Shown piece by piece: positions 55,331 through 63,513 of a DNA stretch of 64,000 nt. Within the stretch, counting starts at the first letter, position 1. Each line of letters opens with the position of its first letter. This DNA comes from an uncultured Bacteroidales bacterium (GTDB lineage: Bacteria > Bacteroidota > Bacteroidia > Bacteroidales > FEN-979): positions 450-64,449 of the forward strand of contig CAIYES010000104.1 of the NCBI GenBank assembly GCA_903925275.1, written 5' to 3'. The position numbers were made by a program, and so were the translations under genes. Under the pieces are notes generated by a model. It was not told where the DNA came from, ran no database searches, and was given only the letters and a program-made list of their open reading frames with translations.

Positions 55331-56164
55331 ATGGAAAAGTTACTGGTCCCAACGATCTGCAAGGTTGACAAAGTCATCCAGGAAACACCCGACATCCGCA
55401 CTTACCGCCTGAAATTCAGGGAGGAGGGGCTGATGGAAAAATTCACTTTTCTCCCCGGGCAGTTTGTGGAATTCTCACTGCTTGGCTCCGGTGAGTGTAC
55501 CTTTTGCATCGCCTCTTCCGCTACCCGGAAGGGTTATTTCGACTGTTCAATCAAAAAGGCTGGTGTTGTAACCGCCGACATTCAAAACAGCATCGAAGAG
55601 GGTGATGAAGTAGGAATCCGCGGACCCTTCGGAAATTGGTTCCCGCTCGACGATATCAAAGGAAAGAACCTGCTGTTCGTGGGTGGCGGAATCGGTCTGG
55701 CGCCGTTGCGTTCGCTGATCCAGTACTGCATCGACAATCGCAGCGATTATAAAGATTTTACGATCCTTTACGGGGCTCGCACCTCAGCCGATCTGTGTTA
55801 CAAAGATGAGATCAAAGAATGGCAGGACAACAAAAGCCTGAAGATTATGCTCACCATCGACAAACCGGAGGATACCTGGAAAGACAACGTGGGTGTTGTA
55901 CCTAAAATTCTTGAAGAAGTCGTAAAACCGGTGATTGAAAACACCAAGGTAATCACCTGCGGCCCCCCGATCATGATCAAATATACCATACAGTCGTTGA
56001 TAAAGCTCGGTTTTGCTGATAAGGACATTATCACCACCCTGGAGATGAAGATGCAGTGCGGCCTCGGAAAATGCGGCCGGTGCAACATCGGGTCAACTTA
56101 TGTATGCAAGGACGGGCCGGTGTTTACCAATGAGCAGTTGAAGATGTTGCCAGACGAATTCTGA
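55331..56164 (+). CDS. flxA: FAD/NAD(P)H-binding oxidoreductase with C-terminal [2Fe-2S], FlxA / AsrB / HydG-like
   Basis: FNR-like fold (FLPGQFVEF, LLFVGGGIGLAPLRS) and C-terminal CGLGKCGRCNIG...VCKDGPVF. Confidence 0.8.
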   Translation: MEKLLVPTICKVDKVIQETPDIRTYRLKFREEGLMEKFTFLPGQFVEFSLLGSGECTFCIASSATRKGYFDCSIKKAGVVTADIQNSIEEGDEVGIRGPFGNWFPLDDIKGKNLLFVGGGIGLAPLRSLIQYCIDNRSDYKDFTILYGARTSADLCYKDEIKEWQDNKSLKIMLTIDKPEDTWKDNVGVVPKILEEVVKPVIENTKVITCGPPIMIKYTIQSLIKLGFADKDIITTLEMKMQCGLGKCGRCNIGSTYVCKDGPVFTNEQLKMLPDEF

Positions 56165-56230
56165 AACCATTTTTTGGTTATATTCGCAAGAAACACCAAC
56201 GGGCTCAATTCCCGCTAAAAACAATGCCGC

Positions 56231-58333
56231 ATGAAAAAAGGATTTTTTTTGCTGGCCTTTGTTCTTCTGTATGCTTATGGTCAGTCACAATGGATCCAGG
56301 TAAATGGTCCCGCAGATCCTTTCATGGTTCAGGACATCATTGCCAAAGATTCCCTGCTGCTCATTTCCGCTTCCCACGCCTCTTTTTCTTCGTCCGACGG
56401 TGGCTCCACCTGGAACCCCGCCATGCCGGAAACCTTTGTTGCATCTGTCCTGTTTCATGACACCATCTATACCGGAGGGGAAAGTTATCCCTATTCCGGG
56501 CCAAGCAATTTGATCCGTAAGATGACCTTTTACAACGGCACCTGGCAATCGGCCAGTGCGCTTGAGTATCCGGGTCTGGTCAACGACATGTTTGCAGACG
56601 AGGATAAAATTTTAATAGCATGTTCCATTGATGACGGATACAGCGGTACAGGGGCGGGGTTTTCATATTCGGCCGATGGAAAAAACTGGTTCAAAAACAA
56701 CACCGGACTTCCCAAAGACTCGGTTCTCACATGGACCGGATATTTTTATACCTATAATTTGTTTGCTGTAAGCGCAAATCATCAGTATATTTTCACCGGT
56801 ACGAAAAAAGGCATTTACCGTTCCCCGGGAACCGGCTTTGACTGGTCGGCAAAAAACAATGGATTGCCTGTAGAAAAAGTGAATGCGATATTCTGCAACG
56901 ACACAGTGCTGATCATCGCCATTCAGCATAAATTATACAAATCCTCCGACCAGGGCGAATCCTGGGCAGCCATATATACCTTTTCTGCCGGCAATGCCGT
57001 TAACCGGATCCGGTTGATCAACGATACGCTGTTCGCCCTTACCCAAACCCAGGGATTGTACCTTTCGGTTGATGGGGGCTCTTCATGGTCGACTGCCAAT
57101 ACCGGATTAACCAGTCTTCAGGTCAATTGCATTGTAAAACAGGGACCAACCTGGTTTCTGGGTGGTGGTTCAGGCATTTCGAAGGGACTTGATCATTGGG
57201 AAACCTGCAACAACAACATCATTTGTTCCGATATCCGTGACCTTGAACAAACCGGTACATGCATCGCTGCCAGTGAAATGGATGGCGTCTTCATTTCAAA
57301 AGATGAGGGGTTGACCTGGGATCAGCGCACCCCTTTTCAATTGCCCGGGGTCATGTATTCGATCGTCAATTTGGATGGTTGTCTCTTTATCTCTTTTAAC
57401 CCGGGATGGCCGGTCGATTGCATCAATTATCTTTCCTGCGACAACGGCGACACCTGGTCACAAACGGCGCCGCTTGTGAACATTGGTGATCCTTTTGCTT
57501 TGCGGAGCAATGGCAGCAAGATGATCGCGACCGACGACAACGTAATTTACTTCTCAGCCGACAAGGGCTCAACCTGGACTGACATCACGCCTCCAGCCGG
57601 GCTGATCGTCAATGGTTTCAGCGATGTGGTATTTACGGGGAACGACCTTTATCTTTCCGCCGAATACAACACGGCACAGGTGATTCACAGTAATGATTTT
57701 GGCGCTACCTGGAATCACTGTGATGCCGGTTTGGGCGATAACAATATTTATAAACTCGGGTATGCCTCCGGGACGCTGTTTGCCTTCAATCAAACCCATC
57801 TGTTCAAAAGCGCCGATCAGGGACAAACATGGCTGGAATGCAGTGCATTAGGCGATGCAGTCGTGGATTTTACCAATGACGGCGACATGATTTTTGCCTG
57901 TAAGAATACCCGGGTTTATTTTTCCCGTGATATGGGCCTCCACTGGACCGACATCAGCGCCGGCTTGCCTCCCCTGCCGCAACTTTGGGCCGGAACCCTG
58001 ATGGTCAGGGATCATTATCTCTATTTCGGTACATTCACTTTTGGGATATGGAAGATCAGTACGCAAAACCTTCCTTCTTCGGTGAATGAATTACCTGCCA
58101 CCAGTGAGTTTGAAGTGTACCCGAATCCGGCAGATAATGAGATAAACATCGTTTCAAGGGGAGACAAGCATATTAAAAAGGTTGATATCCTTGATTTGTC
58201 GGGCAGGGTGATTAACCGGTGCAATTTCAACGAAAATAAAATCTCCATTGACTTCCTCAGTCCCAACCTCTATATTTTGCAAATTGAAACCAAGGATAAC
58301 ATGCGTTACCATGAAAAATTTGTCAAACATTGA
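56231..58333 (+). CDS. Secreted beta-propeller protein with BNR/Asp-box-like repeats and T9SS C-terminal sorting domain
   Basis: Signal peptide. Repeated S-x-D-x-G-x-[ST]-W motifs (SSDGGSTW, SSDQGESW, SVDGGSSW, SKDEGLTW, SCDNGDTW, SADKGSTW, SNDFGATW, SADQGQTW, SRDMGLHW). C-terminal VYPNPADNEINI...LYILQIET tail. Confidence 0.85.
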   Translation: MKKGFFLLAFVLLYAYGQSQWIQVNGPADPFMVQDIIAKDSLLLISASHASFSSSDGGSTWNPAMPETFVASVLFHDTIYTGGESYPYSGPSNLIRKMTFYNGTWQSASALEYPGLVNDMFADEDKILIACSIDDGYSGTGAGFSYSADGKNWFKNNTGLPKDSVLTWTGYFYTYNLFAVSANHQYIFTGTKKGIYRSPGTGFDWSAKNNGLPVEKVNAIFCNDTVLIIAIQHKLYKSSDQGESWAAIYTFSAGNAVNRIRLINDTLFALTQTQGLYLSVDGGSSWSTANTGLTSLQVNCIVKQGPTWFLGGGSGISKGLDHWETCNNNIICSDIRDLEQTGTCIAASEMDGVFISKDEGLTWDQRTPFQLPGVMYSIVNLDGCLFISFNPGWPVDCINYLSCDNGDTWSQTAPLVNIGDPFALRSNGSKMIATDDNVIYFSADKGSTWTDITPPAGLIVNGFSDVVFTGNDLYLSAEYNTAQVIHSNDFGATWNHCDAGLGDNNIYKLGYASGTLFAFNQTHLFKSADQGQTWLECSALGDAVVDFTNDGDMIFACKNTRVYFSRDMGLHWTDISAGLPPLPQLWAGTLMVRDHYLYFGTFTFGIWKISTQNLPSSVNELPATSEFEVYPNPADNEINIVSRGDKHIKKVDILDLSGRVINRCNFNENKISIDFLSPNLYILQIETKDNMRYHEKFVKH

Positions 58334-58351
58334 TGGTATAACCGATAATAT

Positions 58352-58602
58352 GGATCAAGCGGAATTTCATGGGAGAAGGTTGCAAAGCAAAAATTTCAGA
58401 TTTCAGATTTCAGATTTCAGATTTCAGATTTCACATCTTAAATTTGATTGATTTGTCCTGATTTTCCATTGTGTCCGTACTTTTTTATGGTTAATCAGTG
58501 TTGTGGCATAAAAGCTAAGGGTGTGTTGGTGATATCTGAAATCTTATATCTGAAATCTGATATCCGAAATTCCCTTCCCACCCCGGAAATTCCTCTTGAT
58601 CC
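58352..58602. mobile_element. MITE-like element 1
   Basis: ~22-bp terminal inverted repeats enclose inverted heptamer arrays. Left GGATCAAGCGGAATTTCATGGG versus the reverse complement of the right end GGATCAAGAGGAATTTCCGGGG (19/22 by hand). Interior has ATTTCAG x5 (58393-58427) and inverted CTGAAAT copies (58535-58570). No ORF. Confidence 0.55.
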
Positions 58603-58683
58603 GATAATATTATCCTTTTACCCTTTCCCCACAGGATCCCTCCGCCCCAACGAATGATTCCATGGTTTTTTTCCAGAAAGAAA

Positions 58684-59088
58684 TTATCTCAGGATAAACG
58701 GAACAATCGTTGCAATGATACCCGTACATACAACCACCAGGATGAAAAGGTTGTACCTTACATTGTAATTCCCAAGCAGCGATTCGTCGTAATATTTTGC
58801 AACATCCTGATCCTTGTACATTCTGAGCAAACCGTCCACAAGCTTGGTGCGGGTTTGCCGGCCCTTGATCAGCCCGATAATCACCACGATATTGACCAGC
58901 ACGATCAGGCTCACAAAAACGAACATCACGGCAAGGGTCGAACTTTCTGTCCGCGATTTTTCAACCAGGCCGGAGTTAATGGCAAGCGTAATCAGGTTCA
59001 GGACGATGGACGTCAGGATGAAAATAATATCCGTCTTTGTGTTTTGTTCCAGCTCCTTTGTAATATGGTTATGAACATATTCAATCAT
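58684..59088 (-). CDS. Membrane protein (3 TM helices), unknown function
   Basis: Three strongly hydrophobic helices. Preferred over the overlapping + strand ORF, which has no membrane or family features. Same strand as, and 43 nt downstream of, the 59132-59713 gene. Confidence 0.6.
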   Translation of the reverse strand: MIEYVHNHITKELEQNTKTDIIFILTSIVLNLITLAINSGLVEKSRTESSTLAVMFVFVSLIVLVNIVVIIGLIKGRQTRTKLVDGLLRMYKDQDVAKYYDESLLGNYNVRYNLFILVVVCTGIIATIVPFILR

Positions 59089-59131
59089 AATATACCTCCT
59101 TTATTTTTAGTTTATATTTACAAAGTTAACA

Positions 59132-59713
59132 CTATTTTTTAGCAGACATCTTACAGTAACCGTCCAGCATTTCTGTTTCTATGGTCATCTCTTCAATTGG
59201 CAGGGGAGGCTGACCAGCTATATCTGCAGCCATCTTGTCGATATTCTCCTTTGGCTGGAACAGCGCGGCCACCTGTTTTGTAAGATCAACGACTTCGAAC
59301 GAAGGGTCGCTGTAATTGAGTTCCCATTTGCTGACAATTACACTTACACCTGTGGTTTTAGCCAGTTCAGGAAGCTTATCCTTCACAATTTCCATGAAAG
59401 ATGATATGGATCCGTTGCTGAAGATGATCTGGTGCAGCAAGTGCTGAAATGATATCGCCTTTATGGCCAGTTCGTTTATCCTGGCAGTATCATGGGCTTT
59501 CTGGGCAGAATCATTCTGCTGGCTGAATCTAATCAGATGTTGTTTTAACAGGTCACTCCTTGACCAGGCAAAAATCACGGTCCGGGAATCATAGGTGCCG
59601 ATCTTAATGGCAGAAGATTTTTTCTGGGCCATTCCTTCGGATGAAACCAGTGATGTTAATAATAATGTAACTGCAACTACTGCTGAAAAAATTGAAATGG
59701 TTTTTTGTTTCAT
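59132..59713 (-). CDS. Secreted hypothetical protein
   Basis: Signal peptide MKQKTISIFSAVVAVTLLLTSLV. A canonical AGGAGG lies 8 nt upstream of the ATG. Confidence 0.6.
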   Translation of the reverse strand: MKQKTISIFSAVVAVTLLLTSLVSSEGMAQKKSSAIKIGTYDSRTVIFAWSRSDLLKQHLIRFSQQNDSAQKAHDTARINELAIKAISFQHLLHQIIFSNGSISSFMEIVKDKLPELAKTTGVSVIVSKWELNYSDPSFEVVDLTKQVAALFQPKENIDKMAADIAGQPPLPIEEMTIETEMLDGYCKMSAKK

Positions 59714-59730
59714 TGTCTGTTCCTCCTTTT

Positions 59731-59792
59731 TTATTGATGGTTAAATTTGATTCAGTTATTTGTCTTTCATATTTTTGGTTTTGCAAAACCGG
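59731..59792 (-). promoter_or_regulatory. 62-bp upstream element copy 1, containing perfect 14-bp palindrome GGTTTTGCAAAACC (59777-59790)
   Basis: Near-identical to 60287-60348. Located just upstream of the 59713 start. Confidence 0.6.
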
Positions 59793-59829
59793 ATGCTTTT
59801 CAGCCGAGAAATTAAACTTGATTTGCAAT

Positions 59830-60219
59830 TTATTTTTCTTTGTTTGACCAAATAAGGATGCCTATGATACCCGCTACGATCCCGGGAATACAAATGAGAC
59901 CGATGAAGCCCATGACAATGCCTTCACTTATATATTCAGTTTTGTGTAGAGACGAAAGAATAAAAATCACCAGAAAAGTCAGCGCAATAAGTCCCGCGGA
60001 TACTCCGATCAGTATGGCATAATTTTTCGATTTTCTCCAGGGGTTTAACAGGGCAAAGAAGAAGCAGATCATCCCGCCGAGAAGCATTGCAATCCCGGGC
60101 AGATTGTCAGTAGTGCCCACTATTTGGGAACCAATGATCAACAGGGCAGAAGTGAGTAAAAAAGATATTGTCCACCAGCGATGGGCAGGATCGAACAGGG
60201 AAATGACATGTTTTCTCAT
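59830..60219 (-). CDS. Membrane protein (4 TM helices), unknown function
   Basis: Start set at ATG 60219 (MRKHVISLFDP). The listed N-terminal extension is a translation of the repeated upstream element. Confidence 0.6.
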   Translation of the reverse strand: MRKHVISLFDPAHRWWTISFLLTSALLIIGSQIVGTTDNLPGIAMLLGGMICFFFALLNPWRKSKNYAILIGVSAGLIALTFLVIFILSSLHKTEYISEGIVMGFIGLICIPGIVAGIIGILIWSNKEK

Positions 60220-60286
60220 AAGAATCAGTGTTTTAATGTAGGAACAATGGATTTGATTTTTTTGTTTATTGTTTGTTTCTCTTTTA

Positions 60287-60348
60287 TAATTGATGGTTAA
60301 ATTTGATTCAGTAATTTCTTTTTCATATTTTTGGTTTTGCAAAACCGG
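60287..60348 (-). promoter_or_regulatory. 62-bp upstream element copy 2, containing palindrome GGTTTTGCAAAACC (60333-60346)
   Basis: Near-identical to 59731-59792. Located upstream of the 60219 start. Confidence 0.6.
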
Positions 60349-60398
60349 GTCTTAATTCACGGCGAAATTAATTCCGGGTTGCATAATGGTTCAGAAAT

Positions 60399-60435
60399 AC
60401 GCTTGTAAAATAGTTGTAAACCGTTTTACAAGCGT
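60399..60435. promoter_or_regulatory. Perfect 12-bp inverted repeat ACGCTTGTAAAA-N13-TTTTACAAGCGT in a divergent intergenic region
   Basis: Arms at 60399-60410 and 60424-60435 are exact reverse complements. TTGTAAA recurs in the loop. Confidence 0.5.
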
Positions 60436-60468
60436 TCTGCATACAGCATAATTTAAATTACAGGAAAT

Positions 60469-61416
60469 TTGTCCCGGAACGATAAAGCATATTTTGAAGT
60501 GCTGAAAACCAAGATTGTAGCCATGATGCAACAATCCTATCCGGGAATTAATCCGTCAATTTCAGACTGGAAAGGCCAGGAGATAACCGATTTTCAGGAA
60601 GATCTGCGCATACGTGCTAAGGCAAATCTCAGCGAGAAGTGGTTTTATACCCACATGAAATCAAGTAATCTGTCCATTCCCCGGATCGACATGCTGAATC
60701 TGTTGAGCCGTTATGCCGGTTATGCAAACTGGGATGACTTCGTGTTTAAAAACAGGGAAATAATCAGCAATGAACCACCGCCAGTTTATTCACGTACACA
60801 TGCAAACCGGTTATTCATTCTGGTCCCTTTACTGGCACTTGTCATTGTATGCATGTTTTATGGTTTGTTCAGGCTTTTCAATACCCGTGAATACCGTTTC
60901 TGTTTTTATGATGCCGATACGAAGGAACCAATCACCAACAGCCGGATAGAAGTTGTTTTAATGCTGGAAGGGGAGTCGCCCGTTTACAGCATCGTTTTCC
61001 CCGACAACTGTTTTCTGCTGAAAACCGATAAGAGCCTGATCAGGATGGTTGTTAAGGCGCCCTATTACCGTTCGGATACGATCAAACGTATTGTTCGGAA
61101 AATGAACCGGGATGAAATGGTGATGCTTCACGCAGATGATTACGCGTTAATGATCCACTATTTTTCGATGATGAAAGTGGATGACTGGGAAAAACGGAAA
61201 AAACATCTGGAAGCCATGATCGACAATGAGGCCATGATATACCAGGTGGTGAATAACCGGGAGGCAACCGGAATGGCGCTATACAATAAGCAGGAATTTA
61301 TAGATAAAATGACCATGCCGACGGGTAGCCTGAGGAACATTGAGATATTTGGATCCCAATTCAGGAACGGGAAGATTATGGTGCTGAGGTTTCGGATCAA
61401 TGACCAAAAAAAATGA
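60469..61416 (+). CDS. Hypothetical single-pass membrane protein
   Basis: 315-aa ORF with TTG start as listed (alternative ATG 60523). One TM helix (LFILVPLLALVIVCMFYGLF). No family recognised. Confidence 0.55.
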   Translation: MSRNDKAYFEVLKTKIVAMMQQSYPGINPSISDWKGQEITDFQEDLRIRAKANLSEKWFYTHMKSSNLSIPRIDMLNLLSRYAGYANWDDFVFKNREIISNEPPPVYSRTHANRLFILVPLLALVIVCMFYGLFRLFNTREYRFCFYDADTKEPITNSRIEVVLMLEGESPVYSIVFPDNCFLLKTDKSLIRMVVKAPYYRSDTIKRIVRKMNRDEMVMLHADDYALMIHYFSMMKVDDWEKRKKHLEAMIDNEAMIYQVVNNREATGMALYNKQEFIDKMTMPTGSLRNIEIFGSQFRNGKIMVLRFRINDQKK

Positions 61417-62054
61417 GAAGGATTTTTTACATACCGGCCCTGTTGCTGATTTACCTTCTGACCACTGCCAAAAGCTGCGATCACCAGGAGCAGTTTGACG
61501 AATCCGTCGATCAGTTCAACGTAAAACGTGCCCAGGACAGTATCAAATCCATCTTTGAATCGGATACCTTATCAATGGTCTCCCTGCACGCATTCGAAGC
61601 TACTGCAAAAATCAGGTTTGCTGATTTCAGTGATTACCTTGTCATCGCTGAGGACACTTCAGCTGCAGAAACATTCCGGGAAAAAGCAAAGAAAATGATC
61701 CGCGGGCTTTTCATTTCCGAAAATTCTGTCATTCGGTGTAAGAATCCGGATAACCATGGAAGTGAAGAAATCCCGATCCTGCAATTGCTGAAGGAAGGTA
61801 AAGAGCCCCGGACCTACTTTGAAAGGATTATAAAGGATTCGATCAGGATAAAAGATCCGTTGAAAATGGCAGGTGATTCAAACTACATTGGAAAACTCAG
61901 CTTTTCATTTGTCGCTCCCCGCCAGAAAACTTCAAAAAATTTGAAACAGCCAATAGGGGGTGGTACCATCGATTTCCTTGTAACCAGGCATGAAAAAATG
62001 TTCGGAAAAGATACACTGATTATCTGGGATGTTTTTTTAGGGAGTATCAAGTGA
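61413..62054 (+). CDS. Hypothetical lipoprotein
   Basis: Lipobox-like LLTTAKSCD after a hydrophobic signal. 4-nt overlap with the upstream gene. Confidence 0.6.
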   Translation: MRRIFYIPALLLIYLLTTAKSCDHQEQFDESVDQFNVKRAQDSIKSIFESDTLSMVSLHAFEATAKIRFADFSDYLVIAEDTSAAETFREKAKKMIRGLFISENSVIRCKNPDNHGSEEIPILQLLKEGKEPRTYFERIIKDSIRIKDPLKMAGDSNYIGKLSFSFVAPRQKTSKNLKQPIGGGTIDFLVTRHEKMFGKDTLIIWDVFLGSIK

Positions 62055-62093
62055 TCATTGCCAAAATCCATCCGGAAGATGAAGTTTGCAAAA

Positions 62094-62439
62094 GGATCCG
62101 GATCAAGAGGAAAATCAGGGGGATTAGGTTTGAAATTGAAATCGACTTGGTGAAAAAGAATCTGGAAAAATCACTGCAATATTAGAACCCCATTGGGGTG
62201 ATATCTTTGTAGCAAAAGAAAAACGGAACATTTCAAGAGCCCCATCGGGGTGACATGGTTGTTGAACCTGTCAAATCAAAGCTGTTTAGTTATCAAACAC
62301 TAAGACGAATAATCTATTTCGCAGCTACGCTGCTTTGTTAATCACAACCTGTTATTACTACTACAAAGATTAGGCAGCTACGCTGCCAATTTGGGAGCAA
62401 GTGTAAAACCCCCAGAAATTCCTCTTGATCCACGGATCC
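62094..62439. mobile_element. MITE-like element 2
   Basis: Its terminal inverted repeats are related to those of element 1, and its interior has convergent hairpin-plus-TCTTTGTAG motifs. Left GGATCCGGATCAAGAGGAAAATCAGGGGG versus the reverse complement of the right end GGATCCGTGGATCAAGAGGAATTTCTGGGGG. Interior hairpins are CCCCATTGGGG, CCCCATCGGGG, GCAGCTACGCTGC and GGCAGCTACGCTGCC. No ORF. Confidence 0.5.
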
Positions 62440-62446
62440 CGGAAAT

Positions 62447-62971
62447 TTATGGCTCAATTATCGAATAAATAAATTCATCCAGATACAGGCCATTCTTGAT
62501 AATCGATTTTTCGAGTTTTGCTTCCAGCTTCATTCCGGCTTTCTCCAGCACACGTTGCGATGCCAGGTTTGTTGAAAACGAACGTGCAAAAATACGGCTG
62601 ATATCAAAAGTCTTAAAGCCGTATTCGATGGTCCGTTTGACGGCCTCGGTCATGATTCCTCTCCCCCAGTACTCTTCTGCAAGCCAATAGCCCATTTCGG
62701 CGTTTTTCCGGTAAACATCAGTTTGCGGAAATATTCCGATGGAACCGCAGGCGATGCCATCCGTTTCGACGGCAAACACACTGCCTGGTTGATGTAAACT
62801 GTCGGGGTTCCAGGCCGTAATATAGGCGATGCCATCTTCTCTTGAATAGGGATGCGGAAAAGCGTCGGTGAGGTTGTCGGCAATCTTTTTGTTGTTGGCG
62901 AATTTTACCAGGTTATCCAGATCGTCCAGGTTCCAGGGACGAAGTGTGAAATTGACTTTGTGCGTATTCAT
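62447..62971 (-). CDS. GNAT-family N-acetyltransferase (RimJ/RimL-like)
   Basis: LRPWNLDDLDNLVKFANN and GYWLAEEYWGRGIMTEAV...ASQRVLEKAGMKLE. Start set at ATG 62971. Confidence 0.85.
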   Translation of the reverse strand: MNTHKVNFTLRPWNLDDLDNLVKFANNKKIADNLTDAFPHPYSREDGIAYITAWNPDSLHQPGSVFAVETDGIACGSIGIFPQTDVYRKNAEMGYWLAEEYWGRGIMTEAVKRTIEYGFKTFDISRIFARSFSTNLASQRVLEKAGMKLEAKLEKSIIKNGLYLDEFIYSIIEP

Positions 62972-62990
62972 TCGATGCAGATCGATTAAA

Positions 62991-63338
62991 TTACTTTGCC
63001 TTTTTCTTACTGGATTTTGCCAGTGGATTATACGCCATTGCCAGCCTGATGAAATATTCAAGATCCTGATCCTGATCTATTCCTTCGGGTTCCACAAAGA
63101 TAAAACCTTTCATGGGCCGGTGGGTGAAATCCATCTCATGGCAACCCGGTTTCAGAAAGGCCTCTTCAGTTTTTCCGGGATCGATGCGCGCCATCATCTT
63201 ATTGTTGACAATGCCTACACACATTTTATCGTTTACCAGGAAGCAAATGCCACCCATCATTTTTTTATCCTCAAAGGAAATTTCAAGTTCCTGAAACTTA
63301 TGCCGGATACGGTCGGCAAGGAATTCGTCGTAGGCCAT
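62991..63338 (-). CDS. TfoX/Sxy N-terminal-domain protein
   Basis: DEFLADRIR...EDKKMMGGICFLVNDKMCVGI...MARIDP matches the TfoX_N pattern. Confidence 0.75.
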   Translation of the reverse strand: MAYDEFLADRIRHKFQELEISFEDKKMMGGICFLVNDKMCVGIVNNKMMARIDPGKTEEAFLKPGCHEMDFTHRPMKGFIFVEPEGIDQDQDLEYFIRLAMAYNPLAKSSKKKAK

Positions 63339-63513
63339 GGCGCAATGGTTGAAATGGTTAATACCTGCAAAAATATTTAAAATTTCAAAGAGTTCTTAAT
63401 ATCTTCGCACGCACAATCCTTTTTTTTGAACAACAGATTTCCAGCAGGCAGGCATAAATGACCAGCCGGATCATACCTTAAGAAAACAACCCAACCAACC
63501 AAAACCCAATACA

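Noticed and set aside
58654-59142. 162-aa + strand ORF overlapping the 58684-59088 minus-strand gene
   Set aside because: The minus-strand product has three clean TM helices and sits in an operon-like arrangement. The + strand product is His/Asn/Gln/Arg-rich without structure.
59604-60342. Conserved peptide LQNQKYE[KR][EQ]ITESNLTIN encoded by both copies of the 62-bp upstream element (possible leader peptide)
   Set aside because: In one copy the frame runs into the downstream gene. In the other it is a different, overlapping frame ending in junk. The inconsistent frame relationship argues for a DNA- or RNA-level element.
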